A stretch of DNA of 64,000 bases from Mobula birostris. Taxonomy: Eukaryota. A program made the position numbers and the translations under genes. The stretch is from the NCBI RefSeq assembly GCF_030028105.1, contig NC_092374.1, positions 188,884,638-188,948,637 on the forward strand, given 5' to 3'. Below, one piece after another: positions 12,130-26,700 of this stretch. Each line of letters starts with the position of its first letter. Position 1 is the first letter of the stretch. The notes below the pieces were generated by a model. The model did no database searches. It saw only the letters and a list, made by a program, of their open reading frames with translations, and had not been told where the DNA came from.

Positions 12130-12690
12130 GGCAAACACGAGGAATTCTGCAGATGCTGGAATTTCAAGCAACACACATAAAAGTTGCTGCTGAACGCAGC
12201 ACGCCAGGCAGCATCTCTAGGAAGAGGTACAGTTGATGTTCCAGGCCGAAACCCTTCGTCAGGACTAACTGAAAGAAGAGCTAGTAAGAGATTTGAAAGT
12301 GGGAGGGGAGGAGGAGATCCGATATGATAGGAGAAGACAGGAGGGGAAGGGATGCAGCCAAGAGCTGGACAGTTGATTGGCAAAAGGGATATGAGAGGAT
12401 CATGGGACAGGAGGCCTAGGGAGAAAGAAAGGGGGAGGGGGGAAGCCTAGCGGATTGGCAAGGGGTATGGTGAGAGGGACAGAGGGAGAAAAAGGAGAGA
12501 GAGAAAAAGAATGTGTGTATATAAATAAATAACTGATGGGGTACGAGGGGGAGGTGGGGCATTAACGGAAGTTTGAGAAGTCAATGTTCATGCCATCAGG
12601 TTGGAGGCTACCCAGATGGAATTTAAGGTGTTGTTCCTCCAACCTGAGTGTGGCTTCACCTTTACAGTAGAGGAGGCCGTGGATAGATAT
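12130..12690 (-). mobile_element. Penelope-like element 3' fragment
   Basis: Reverse complement of the 60240-60758 Penelope end (LEEQHL..LGSLQPDGMNIDFS plus terminal repeat). Confidence 0.8.
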
Positions 12691-14195
12691 CCTTCAAATA
12701 GACAACTTCAAATTCCTGTGTGTTAACATATGAAATGACTACTCTAGGCTCAGAACATAATTACAATCACAAGGAAGGTGTGTCAGTGACTTTACTTTAT
12801 TAGGAGGTTCAGATTGTCATGAAACAGTTTAACAAACTTCTACAAATGTCCGGCTGAAAGTATCCTGTGGTTGCATTATGGTCTGGTACAGCAATTCAAA
12901 CATGCAGGAATGTTGGAAGCTGCTGAGTAGTGGACCCTGTCCAATACATCACTGACCCACCCCACCCCACCATGGTCATATTTAATGAGACACTGCCTCA
13001 AGGCGGCAAAATCTGTCACTGACGATCCCGACTGTCCAAGTCATCTTCTTGCACCTACCATCAGACAGGAGATACAGAGACCTGAAGTCCCACACCACCA
13101 GGTACAAGAACAGTTACTTTCCTTCAACCAGTCAGTTGTTAAAACAACCTGCACAACACTAATCACTCCAGATTAGCAAAACCTGACCCGTTCGATCAAT
13201 TTGCACCAAAATGGACTTTGTTTTTCTTGTCCTCATATTGTGTTCCTTCCTGTAAATACTGTGCATAATTTATGCTTGATTAGTTTCCCTTGTGAAAGCT
13301 GTTTCTATGATGCAGTGTGTCTTGATGCTGCTGCAGGTTTTTCATTGCACCTGTGCAGACATGTACTTGTGCACGTGACAATAAACTACCTTGACTTTGA
13401 CAAAACTAAAGCTCATCCTGGGACAGCATTCCCGATACATTTCATCACACAAAACGTTCTGGATGTGTGGAACACTCTGAATACTGCTGAGGTCATCAAT
13501 AAAGATTATGGACATGTTCAAACCCTTTTCACGGACTTTCTGAGTTCCACCTTGGTTTCACTGGGCTTTAAGGATCTCTGTTCAATTGGACCAGACTCCC
13601 TGTCTTTCAGAGACACTATGGAGTCAAGTTAACGATCGAGGGCTTGTCTCTTTCAGAACTAGGCAGCAATCTCCCCAAAAGCTGAGAGGCAACAGCTTCC
13701 CTGTCCTTCCTCTAGCAGTGAGCCCGAACCTCCATCTCCCATTTTGTTCCCATTCCGTTCACCGTTTCCCCAATGTAACCAGCTCAGACACACTGTCAGT
13801 TCACTCTGCAGGTCAAATGTTTATTACACAGAGAATATCTGCACATATTCACACTGATTACTAGAATCAGATATCACAATTCCAGAGAACAGCCCACTTC
13901 ATTCTAACACAATGTGCGCCTGAACTGCGGTCGGTGGGAGAGAGTGTGAGAGAGCTGGGAAGGAGACAGTGAGTCTAATTTACAGATTAGACATCAATAT
14001 AAACATCCTCATCTGTCAGTAGCAATGACAGAGAATCAGTTCTCACATGGTGGTCTGGACCTGAAACATTAACTATGTTTCCACCATTGCTGAGTGCTCT
14101 GACTTTTTCTGGTTGTATTTCAGAGTATCGGTGCAGTGAGATCTGCTCAGTGGATCCAGAGGAGTCTGAGAGCTCGGAGAACGTGTCCCACTGTG

Positions 14196-14722
14196 TTAAG
14201 TGGTGAGCAGTGTGAGTGGTTCAGGGTTTTTGCCTGATTTGTTAGTATATGGATTTAAGATGAGATAAAGTTTCTCAGTGAAACTGTCTGTGTAAGTGTG
14301 GAGGTGACACATATTGTCAGCATTGTAAAATGACACTTGGCCCCGCTCGTAATCCAGGTAAACCCCCAGTTTTCGAAGTTTTACTTCCAGATGGGAGATG
14401 ACATTTGGTTTCTTCACTGAATTAGAAGAGACATCAATAACCCACTGTCCCTGTTCCAGTGTGTAGAAGATGTCTCCATCCCCCTTTACAAACTCTCTGC
14501 AGACACCCACAATCCAGTCAGTCTTATTTCCAACACACACCTCCCAGTAGTGCCTCCCAGACATGAAACTCTGTGAACTCAAAACACACAAATCTTTCAC
14601 AAATCTTCTCGGGTGATCCTGACGATTTTGTTTGGTGGTCACGTACTGCACACTCATCAGATCCTGAGAGAGGACGAGATTATTGTGAGCTGTATCCAGG
14701 TCCAGTGTTAGCTGCTCTGGCA
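14196..14722 (-). CDS. Copy B exon 6 (PRY-SPRY/B30.2)
   Basis: LTLDLDTAH..GRHYWEV..LGVYLDYERGQVSFYN motifs; acceptor TTTCAG|, stop TAA. Confidence 0.94.
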
Positions 14723-17700
14723 CTGAAACGAAACAGTTACAGTAAGAAAACCAGATGGAACCTTCCAGCTAAGATGACACTTCACCTGTGAGTCTGTTGG
14801 GTTTATATACCATGTCCAGTGCTCCCGGTGTGGCCTCCTGTATACCGACATAGATTGGGAGACCATTACACTGAGCTCTTAGGCTCCATTGGCCAGACAA
14901 AGTGGGATCACCCATTGGTTCTCCCTCGACTGTCTGGGTAGACTCCAACCTGATGGCATGGACATTGATTTCTCAAACTCCATCCCCTTTTTCCCCTCTC
15001 AACTTATCTCCTTGCCTGCCCATCAACCCCCTCTGATGCTCTTCCCACTATTCTTTCTTCCATGGCCTTCTGTCCTCTCTTATCGGTCATCCTTCCCCAG
15101 GCCGGTATCTCTTTCACCAATCAACCTCCCAACTATTTAATTCATCCCTCCCTCTCCAGGTTTCACCTATCACCTTGTGTTTCTCTCTCCCCTCCACCGC
15201 CTTTTAAATCTACTCCTCGTCTATTTTTTCTCCAGTCCTGCCGAAAGTTCTCAGCCTGAAACGTCAATCGTACTCTTCTCCCTTGATGCTGCCTGGCCTG
15301 CTGAGTTCCTCCAACATTTTGGGTGTGTTGCTTGGAACTGCCAGGATCTGAGCTGACAATGGTGACCATCGTCTCCTCCCCCAGCCCAGGAAGTGTGGAG
15401 CCCCTGGAGGAGATTTCAATCCCCACTGCTCCCTCTGTCCTATTTAACACTGTACAATGTCACAGTGATTTATTTGTTACAGGGTAGTTCAATCCCCTTC
15501 CTCTGCCCAGCTGACTGTATTCTATGGTGTTTTATGTGGCTGCAGTTTTCTTTTTAAAAGCTAAACAGGACAAGCCATGACAGCTCCATTCCCAGCGACA
15601 CAGCAGCCCGTGAGGGGCCAGGGCTGAGTGAACATTTATTATTTAAACTGCAGATGCTGGAGATGTGAACCCAAAACAGAAATGTATCAGTACAGGCAGC
15701 ATTTCCCATGGTAGAGCGATCAAAAACAAGAGGGTGGAGGTTTAAGGGGAGGGGAAGGAGATTTAAAGGTGATCTGTGGGGTAAGTGCTTTACACAGAGA
15801 GCGCTTGCTATCTGGAACGTTCTCCCAGAGGAAGTGGTGGGATCAGATACAATTGCCAGGTTTAAGAGACATTTAGACAGACATGTGAATAGGCCAAGCA
15901 CAGAGGGATACGAGCCGAATGTGGGCACATGGGATTAGTGTACAGTAGATGGCCAGAGTGGGCTGAAGGCTTGCTTCTATACAGTAGAACTCTACGACTC
16001 TGAACAACCAGGACTGGGTGACAAAATCTGTGCTCAAATAAAAATCGAAAAATGCTGATGCTGGAAATTTGAAATAAGAACAGAGAACTCTGGAATCATC
16101 AGATCAGGTTGGGACTGTGGAAAGAGTGTGGAAAAACTGTGAATTGATGTTTTAGGTTGTAACAACGATCTGTACTTACAAGTTGATTTGTGGTAAATTC
16201 AGCACCAGATATCAGAGGGTATCACTACTTGAAACTACAGGTCAGTGTCAGAATAAGGGACAAAACCTTCGGATTTGAGAGGAGGAGAAATTTCTTCTCT
16301 CGGAGGGAGTTGAACCTCAGGAATTCTCTTTTCGCAGAAGCCAATTCTGTTTAAGTCACAGAATTTATGAAGGATGGAGGTGGATCAATCTCTAGATATG
16401 AAATGTATCGGGGGTAATCTGAGAGATGAGGGATGGTGGAACAGACCTGATGGGCCGAGTGGCCTTATTCTGCTCCTATGTCTTATGGTCTATTAGGAGA
16501 GAGCAGGACCAAGGTATTGAGACTGATGATCATCCATGATTGTGTGTGTGGATCAGTGACGATGTTTGCATGCTCCTGTGTTGGCTGATAAATGTGATGG
16601 ATGTGCTGAGTTGGGCTTCAAATGTCCTGAAGGTTTTCACTGGGCTGCACAACAAGGGACAACCAGTGGATTGTCTGAGGAAACACTAACCGGGAGTTAC
16701 AGTGGACTCAGGTGGAACCTGCCTCTGAGGAGGCAAACAGTGGAGCAACACAAAATGGTAAAGGGGAGGTGTCCCTAAAATGAGTGTTCCAGTCAATGGA
16801 TCAGCGATGGCGGGGAGGGAAACAGTCTCAACAAGGCTGTTCCATATGGGGGCAGCAGGCGGGGGTTCTTGGGGAGGGTCAGAAAGCATTTCAGGACATT
16901 GCTTATGTCGGAATGTGGGTGTTTGAAGCAGAAATGTTGCACACATTGAACAAATGCCTGATGAGGGATGGTAACTGATAAATGCAGAGTGTGGATCTGG
17001 AGCCTTGGAGTATCAGGAATTACAGGGGAAAAGGCGGCGGGGCAGTGGGGAGAAGGGGGATTACAGAGAAAGAGAAAGGTACCTGGTGAAACCACGGCTC
17101 TCATTTCCTTCCACACTTTGAGATATCTCAACCTTCCTTCAGCCACATCCTCATGAAGATCGACAGGCACCACTCCAGGACTGGAAACCGACAACTCACA
17201 CCTACAAAGTCAGGGACAGGAATTAGTGACACACATTACCAAAGACTCTGTCTGCACTTCTCACAGCCTCAGTAAAGCAGCCAACATCATCAAAAACCCC
17301 ACCCACCCTGTACACTCTCTCTTCTCCCCACCTCTCCCATCTGGGAGAAGGTACAAAATCATCAAAGCTCACCACCAGGCTCAGGGAGAGTTTCTATCCT
17401 GCTGTTATCAGACTGTTGAACAGCCCCCTTGTGTGATATAATGGACTGAAGACCTCTCCGTCCATCTACCTCGTCATGGCCTTGCAGCTTATTGTCTCCC
17501 TGCACTGCACTCTCTCTGTAACACTTCATTCTGCATTCTGTTGTTGTTTTCCATTGTAATACAGTACTGTGCAGAAGTTTTCGGCACATTTACTGTATAT
17601 AGTTAGCGTGCCCAAGACATTTGCACAGTATTGTAGTAATTTTATATATTACACTGTACTGCCGCCACAAAAGAATAAACAAATTTCAAGCCATATGTCA

Positions 17701-20700
17701 GTGATGATAAACCTGATTCTGATATGGGTTTCTATTGTGGTCTGAGAGTGGGAAGGTGACAGGGAGAGGGGAATCCTGGTTGGGAAAAGGGGAAGGGAGA
17801 GGAGAGGGATCTAGAAGCACCAGAAAGGCATTCTGTAATGATCAATAAACCGATTGTTTGAAATCAAATGACCTTGCTTGGTGTCTCAGGGCTGGTTGTG
17901 TCTACACCCATGCCACTCACTGCCAGCGGACCCCTTCTCTGCCAACTGTCCCACACCCTCCCATGGTTCTCCACCCTCTCCATTCCCAACAGAGGTTTAC
18001 AAACTCGCTCTCCATTCCACAATGACAAGTCAGTATTGTGCAAAATTCTTACACTGTTGTAAAGCAATAACCTGTACAGAAAACATGCAAAATGAAGTTT
18101 CATGTAACAATAATAAATCGACTGCCAATGTACATTAGAGACACAAAAGCAACCTGGTCTCAGAATTTCAGTTAAAATTTACTCACCTCTTCAAAAGGGC
18201 TTGAATATCCTGAGGGGAAAGAGAGAGAATAGAATTGAGAGACACAGTAGCTGAAAATCTCTGGAAGGATTCACAGTGAGGGCTGGAGTACAAAGGCTAA
18301 ACACTCAGCCAGAGGAAAGACTCAGGAACATGTGATTGTTTTCCTTTTTTCCATCTTTGCCTGAATTAGCTTTTGAGGACTGAATTTAAATAATGTTCCA
18401 CTGCAAGACCCTTCACTCTGAGGGTGACTTCTCTAAAAACTCTTCTCTTCTCAAGAATTGAACTGTTTGAACAGCTACTTCCCTTCAACCATTCAGTTCC
18501 TTAAGCAATCAGCAAAATCCATTCACTACGGTTTAGTATCACTGTAACCACTTTGAACTCTTGTATTGAAATGGACTTTGCTTTAACTATATTCTTTCCC
18601 TGTAAAAGTTCTGTTTCAATCGTTGTCAGGAGGGTCACTTTCTAGGATCAGTAAAAGATGCAGAGGGCTGAAAACTCAGGCAGCTCTCTCACGGCACTCC
18701 CTTCCCGAACACTGAGGACATTCTAAAAAGGCAATGCATCAAAAAGATGGCATCCATTATTAAGGGACCTCTCACCCAGCACATGCAGAGATTACTGTCC
18801 TGGAGCTCCTGCTTTTCATCTTTCTATATAACTCTATATTCTCACTTCAGAACATCCTCTCTTTTCCTGCTTTTTGGTTTGTACCAATACACACCAAAAG
18901 CTCTGGATGTCACCTTCCCACTTCAGAACTTTGTGGAACTGATCCACCACATCGTTGACCCGAGTTCCTGGGAGACAACATTCCACCAGGGTGTCTCTTT
19001 CAAGTCCACAGAATCTGCTTTCCGCTCCGCCAACTATGGAGACCCCTATCACAACTGTACTTGTCTTCTCCCCACTTCCCTCCTGACCCACAGAACTGCA
19101 GCTTCCCACATTGGTCATTCCCTCTAATACCATCTAAAGCCGTATACTTATTATCAAGGGGAACAGCCACAGGAACACTCTGCACTGGCTGCCTGATTAC
19201 TCTGCCTCCCCTGACACTCACCCAGATATCTGTCTGCTCTAACTTAAGGGTGAGCACCTCCCCGCAGCTCCTTATTTTCCCATGAGATGGAGGTCATGGG
19301 CTGCAGCTCCAGTTCCCTAAGACAATCTCTAAGGAGCTGCAGCTCAAAGCACTTTGCCCAGGTATAGTTACTAAGGAGACTGGAGATCTCCCAAATTTCC
19401 AACATCTCACTCAAGGAACATGCCAGTACCTCCAAATCCATCCTCCGCGCACTAGCTCCATGTACTAATAGAGAAAAAAAACTTACTGGAAACTTTCTTA
19501 CCTACCTAGAACTTCCATCTGTGCTTGCTCAAGCCTGTTGGGTCAATGCCAGGCCACTCACACCTCAACTTTTTATTGGCCACATGCTGATCGACACCCG
19601 CAGAAAAGCATCATCAGCGAATAACGTCTCGCCCACTGAGAAGTTCTGTGTGGAACAGTTCCACCTGCATTTTGTGTGAAACAGTTCCACCTGCATTTTG
19701 TATGAAACAGTTCCTCCGGATTTTGCTTGTGTTGACCCTTCACCCGTTGTGTCCACACTGACCATCGAACACCCACTAACACTAACACCATTTCATTCCC
19801 TCCACATTACAATCCATTGCTCCAGATTCTCCCATTTATCTTTCTGCTGGGGGCAGTTTACAGTGGCCAATTAGGCTATTAAACAACATACACTTCAGAT
19901 GGAGGAGGAAACTGGGATATTTGCCGATGAGATCGGGGAAACCATGTAGGCAGAAGGAGATTGTGAAAACTCCACACAGACAGCAGCAGTAAAGGTCTCT
20001 ATTGATCCTGGGTCACTTGAACTGTGGCTCTACCCACTGTGTCACTGTGCTGCCCCACCCACACCCGCCCAGCCCTGCAAAACGGGGCAACAGTGTTGGG
20101 ACCTTGAACCGCCAGTGAGAGGCTCTCCTCTCTCATCCCCACCACTCCAGCTGCCTCGGAGGAACATACTGTAGGTAGGAAAACTTGAGACATAGGTAGG
20201 AAAAGGAAGCAGGTCCAGAACATCAACTAGGCAGCTAGCTAGAAAAACAGAACTTCCAGGGTAGTAATCTGTGGATTGTCACCTGTGTCACACACTAGTG
20301 AATAGGATGGCGGAGAAACTGATGATGGGTGCAAAGTTCCAAATTTATGAATCATTGGGATCTCTTTCGGGGAAGGTATGATCTGATCAAAAAGGACGGG
20401 TTATACCTGAAACTGACCGCGACCAATATCCTTGTGGGCAGGTTTGCTACAACAGCTGGGGAGGGTTTAAGCTAACTTCTCAGGGGAGTGGGAAACTGAG
20501 TGATCGGGCTGAGGATGGGGCAGTTGGTATACAAGCTGAGGCAGTGCGTAGTGAGACTCTCAGGAAGGACAGGGAAATAATGGGGAAAAATTGCAGTCAG
20601 TGGAATGAGTGCAGTGCAACAGGGGGCAAAATCAAAAAGGTTAATGAATACAGCACTAATGGTGTTAAATTTGAATGCACACAGGAAACAGAATAAGGTA

Positions 20701-23700
20701 GACGATCATGTAGTGCGGTAAGAGTTTGGGAGTTATGACATTAAATTCACTCACAAATATTTAACTGACAGTTTGGATCCCCCCAGACCAGAAAGTGACA
20801 CATCCTCTACCTTAAGGAGCCCTTGGGAATCTTGAATTTCCAATCTCACTTTTACATCTTGGATCACTCCCTCAAGAGAAGTGATTTCGTCGATGGTTCT
20901 CTTTAAGTTGTTTTCCAGTTGTGTTAGGATTTTGTCCGCTTCTCTCTGCAGCTCTGCTTCCATCTGCTGTTGCTTCTCACGCAGGAACTGGTGCATCTTC
21001 TCAAATTCAGCCCTGATCTCACAGCTCCGTCCATCAACCTGGTCCTGGATCAGAGTGAGGTTAGCAGAGAGTCACTGGCCAAACCGAAATCATCAATTTG
21101 AATGATTCATTTTCTAAATAACAAATTCAGTGTTGCTTGGAGTGGTTATGGATACTGGGGTCAGGGATGCTTTATTTTTTAAATTAGAAAATGGGCGCTG
21201 ATTGGAGTTTCGGTGGGAGTGGGGGTCAGAGAAAACAATCAAAGACAGAATAATCGACCAGAATCCAATCCCAAGGATCTGACTGGATCTCTGGGATTGA
21301 CCTCCATTCTGGAATCAAAGAGACAATAACATGCAGTGATGAGGAGGGCAGCTAATGTTGTCTATTGGGCCTGACACTGTATTCTATCTGCTAATTCTCT
21401 GACATTCTCCTCAACTCCGAACGAGTAGTCTTTGGAGTTCTGCAAGTCTGTGTCTTCGCTGTTGCTTTGCTGCACACTTGATTGCTCGGTGGTGGGTGCC
21501 GATGCCTTTTTTTTGCTGCCAGGGGGAGGCAAGTTCGTTGCTTGCTGCCCCTTAGGGAGGGAGGAGTGCTGGTGTGGGGTACTTTGGGGTTCCAACATTT
21601 AACTGTCATTCAATCTTTGGGGCACCCCTCTGTCTTTGTGGATGGTTGTGAGGAAAAATCATTTCAGGATGACATTAAATGTAGCTTTGAAAGCTTTAAA
21701 GTACTTCTGTAGTACTATATATCCGCAAAACTACCTGCCCCTCCACCAATCTACGTATCATCTGCAAACTTCGCAACAAAGCCATCAATTCCATCAAGCG
21801 AATCATTGACATACAGTATAACGTAAAAGAATTGGTCCCAACACAGATCTCTATGCAACACCACTCGTCATTGGCAGCCAACCAGAAAAGGCTCCCTTTA
21901 TTCTCACTCTTTGCCCTCTGCCAATCAGCAACTGCTTTAACCATGATAGATTCTTTCCTGTACTACCATGGGCTAGTACCTTATTAAGCAGCCTCAAGTG
22001 TGTAACCTTGTCAATGGCCTTCTGAAAGTCCAAGTAGACAACATCCACTGATTCTCCTTTGTCTATCCTGCTTGTTATTTTTTTCAGAGAATTCCAACAG
22101 ATTTGTTAAGGGAGACTTTCCTTTAAGGAAATCATACAGACGATTTCTTGTTTTGACATGTGCCTCCAAATACCCTGAAACTATATCCTTTGCAATCCAC
22201 TCCAACATCTTCCCAACCACTGAGGTCAGTCTAACTGGCCTATAATCTCTTTTCTTCTGCCTCTTTCCCTTCTTGAAGAGCGGAGTGACATTTGTAACTT
22301 TCCAGTTTTCTTTAAAGACTATTACTTATGCCCCTATGATCTCTTCAACCACCTCTTTCAGAACCCTGGAGTGTACACAACCTGGTCCCGATGACTTATC
22401 TACCTCCAGGCCTTTTAATCTCCCAACAACATTCTCTCTAATAATGGTAACTTCACACATTTCTGCCCCCTGGCACTCTCAAACTTCTGGCATACAGCTA
22501 CAGCTAGTGCCTTCCATAGTGTTGTAAAATACTTATTCAGTTCGTCTACCATTTCCTTGTCCCCCATTACCACCTCTCCAGCATTGTTTTCCTGTGGTCT
22601 GATATCCACTTTATTCTCTCTTTTACACTTGCTATAACTGAAGAAAAAGCTGGTACCCTCTTTAATGTTATTGGCTAGCTTACTTTTGTATTCCATCTTA
22701 ATGACTTTTTAGATGCATTTTGGTGGTTTTTACAAGCTTCCCAATCCTCTCTTCCCACGATTTTTTGCTCTATTATATGCCCTCCCTTTGGCTTTTATGT
22801 AGGCTTTGACTTCTCTTGTTAGACACAGTTGTGTCATCTTGCCTTTAGAATACCTCTTCCTCTTTGGGATATATATATACTGTGCCTTCCGAAATGAATT
22901 CCAGCCATTGCTGCTCTGCTGCCATCCCTGCCAGTGTTCTTTTTCAGAAAATTCTGCTCAATTCTTCTCACGTGCCTCTGTAATTCCCTTTACTCCACTA
23001 TAATACTGATGCATCTGACTTCAGCTTCTCTTTCTCAAATTTCATGATGAGTTAGATCACCCACCTAAGAACCTAAGGTTCCTTTACCTTGCTATCTGAT
23101 CAGTTCTGGTTCATTGTACAACACCCAATCAATAATAATTGATCCTCAAGTAGGCCCAACTTTGAGTTTCTCTAAGAAGCCATCTGACGGGTATTCTAGA
23201 AATCCCCCCCTTGGCATCCAGCTCCAACTTGATTTTCCCAATTTTACTGTATATTGAAATCTCCCATGACTATTGTAAAATCGTCCTTTTGGCATGCATT
23301 TTCTATCACCTGCTGTACTTTGTAGACCACATCCTTACTATTATTTGGGGGCCTGTATACATCTCCCATCATTGTCTTTTTAACCTTTCAGTTCCCTCGC
23401 TCTATCCACAATGATTCAACGTCTTCCAACCCTATGTCACCTATTTCTAATGATTTAATTTCATTTTTTACCAACAAAGCAATGCCACCCATTCTGTAGC
23501 AAAAGGACAGGCAGGAAGGCAATGTACATCCTTGGGCATTAAGCTCCCAGCTATAATCTTCTGCCAGCCATGATTAATTGATGCTACAACATCATACATC
23601 TCAATCTGTAACTGTGCAACAAGTTCATCTACCTTCTTCTGTATAATGCATGCATTCAAATATAACACCTTCAGTTCTGTACTCACCATTTTTGATTTTG

Positions 23701-26700
23701 TCCATCTTTTACATTGCAACTCAACCTGTTGACTGTAATTTTGTCCTATCATCAGCGTCGTCTTGCTAAGAGTCTAACTACACATAGCCTCCGTTTCATA
23801 AACCAACTACCTCATCCTCAGCACTTTCACTACTGTTCCACCTACCAACGTGTAGTGATGAGCACAGAGGAAGATGTCTATTGGGACTCCAGTGAAGTGT
23901 TTGACAAGATTCCACATGTGAGTCTCATTGGCAAGGTTACACTAGGCAAATTTTATCTATGAACAGCTTGGCAATAGGAAACTGCTTGTGTGGTTTTAGT
24001 GATTAGATGTCTGTCACAAATATCACTGATGGCATTCCTACAGTTTTAGTCAATGCAATATCAACTAAGATAGGAGTGTAACAGATATGATTTTTAATTT
24101 TGAAAATAACACAAAAATGCTTGTGTTGATAGCACGGAGAACAATCATAGCTTACAGGATGACAATGGACTTTTGGTAAATCAGGCAAAGCTGTGGCAAT
24201 GGAGTTTAATCTTGGTAAGTGTGAGGTGATGCACATGGGGTGGACTGATATCAGTTGGATATAGGCAGTGAAAGGGAGTGCCTTAGGGCAGAGCTCCCAT
24301 TACAGGTCCATCATTAATGGTAAGGCACCATGGCATAATAAAGTTTGGAAAGCCCTATCTGAGGGAGACACTTCAAAATGATGGAGGAACTCGGAACGTC
24401 AGGGAGTGAATGGAGAGGCAAGTGAATAGTCAAGATTTCAGGTTGAGTCTCCTAATCATGACTGGGATATCCGGGGTGAGTTACAGACAGGAATGTAATG
24501 AAGGGATGCAGGCTGGTCCATCTATAGAATAGTGAATCTCTGGAGTAGGTTGCAGGCTCTGATCTAATCTAGAGGTCCAGCATGTGTTTTTAGACAGAAT
24601 AATGGATACCCAAGTGTGAGTTAAAGGCTGAGATGTAATCAAGGGTTTTAGCTGGTATCCATGTAATGCCTTTTGTGGTGAACACTGGCAATAACTAAAC
24701 CCAGGTACAGAGGAATGAAAGGGTCCCATGAAGAGATAGAAACAACACTTAATACACAGGATTTCCAAAAGAACATCAGTGGCTCAATTGTGTGACACCA
24801 CAAGATGAAATGTTCTCAAAACTCTCAAGGAATCACAGAATGCAGCAAACCCATGCTAGTCAAAATCAATTTAATAAGATTAGAGAGAAAGCACGATGTA
24901 TTAATGAGTCTAGTTAAAACAACAATTTATAAATTCACGTGCTCTTCTAAACCTTCAGAACCCAGTGCTCTCTCGCTCCTCACAGAGCCCACAGCAGCTC
25001 ATTACATAAACTCCAGATACCTGGGAGCAAGTCATAGGCTGGAATCTAATCGAGTGGTTCAGGTGGTTTAGATATAGAATACTGGATACCGAAATGCTGC
25101 AGATTCTAACTAATTTCTACATCTCCAGAGGATACCTGGGGATTGGGTGGGCAGTAAGGTACGTATGGATGGATGGAGGCAGGGACCAAGTGACAGTGGA
25201 CATTGTACAACATATAGAACCCAGTCCCTAACTTACCATGTCGAATGATAAAGTCATGTGATGAAAACAGTTTACACCTTTCTTTCATTGTAGGTATTAT
25301 TTACAGTCAGCTGCATTCATTTTGCTGTGGGAGAGTATTGTACAGCGAGAAAGGATCTGTCACTGTCAGGTTCATTCATTTATTAAATACAGCATAGGAA
25401 AAAGTCTCTGAGGCCCTATGAGCTGCACCGCGCAGAAAACCGAATTTTTTTCCTCAGCCTAAACACCAAACAATTTACAATGGCCAATTAACCTACCAAC
25501 CAATATGTCTTGTGTTTGGACTGTGGGAGGAAACTGGACAGATAGCCCAGGAAACCATCTACAAACACTAAATGACTTCTTACCTTCAGCCGCTGGATCA
25601 TATCTTCCCCTTCCTGCTTACTCCGAACACTCTGATTCATTTGCCCCTGCAGAAGCTTCAGTGACTCTTCCAGCTTTTCCTGAAAGTCAAAAGATGCAGA
25701 AGAAGATCTGAGAAAGGAATCTTCCCAGCTTGCTGGCATTTATTGGCCTTGAAGTGGGGTTGGGGGAGTGGGGAATGCTGAGATAAACCCTGAATACTTT
25801 GCTAACATTCATTAATCTTGAAGTGTGGGTGGGGGTAGGGGACTGCAAAAATAATCCTGAACTTGAGAAGGGTGGGAAATACAATCATTGTCTCTTATCT
25901 TCTCACCACTCAAGTTCACCTCTCCTTCTCTCTTCATCTTCCAGTCCCTCTCTCTCTCTCATTCCCTTCCTCAATCTTGTCGTTACCCCACTATGCCCCT
26001 TCATCATGCTGCATTTCCCCCTCTCCTCCACTTCAATCTGATTCTGTGTCTTCCTTCTAGTGCAACCATCTCCATCATTCGCTGCCTCACCTCGACCTCT
26101 CCCCTCCACACCTCCCAATTCTGCCCCATAAAGTTCAAAGTTAATTTATTATCAAAGCGTTTGTAGGTCATCATATGTTACCTTGAGATTGATTTTCTTA
26201 CAATCATTTACAAGAATATAAACATTAATGGAATCTATGAAAAACTAAAATAGCCAAGTCTGACAAAACATCCAAATAATACAAAAGGTAAATAAATAAT
26301 ATTGAGAACATGAGATATCTAGAACTAGATGACATTGCCTCAAGATTCAGGGGAGAAGATTTTGGATGGAGATGAGGAGAAACTCTTTTTCCCAGAGAGT
26401 GGTGAATCTGTGGAATTCTCTGCCCAGGGACGCATTTGAGGCTTCTTCACTAAATATATTTAAGATACAGTTAAGCAGATTTTTACATGGTAGGGGAATT
26501 AAGGGTTATGGGTAAAAGGCAGGTAGATGGAGCTGAGTTTACGGACAGATCAGCCACGATCTTACTGAAAGGTGGGGCAGGCTCGATGGGCCGGATGGCC
26601 TACTCCTGCTCCTATTTCTTATGTTCTTATGTCGAGCCCTTGAAAGTGAGTCCGTAGGTTGTGCTGAGCTGAGTGAAATTACCTACACTCTTTCAGGTTC

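Noticed and set aside
13201-13632. Plus-strand ORF partly repeated at 31383-31757
   Set aside because: Conservation reflects segmental duplication; starts and frames differ between copies and it is broken in copy D's flank.
19647-19714. 26-bp unit repeated about 2.5 times
   Set aside because: Ordinary local slippage duplication within an intron.
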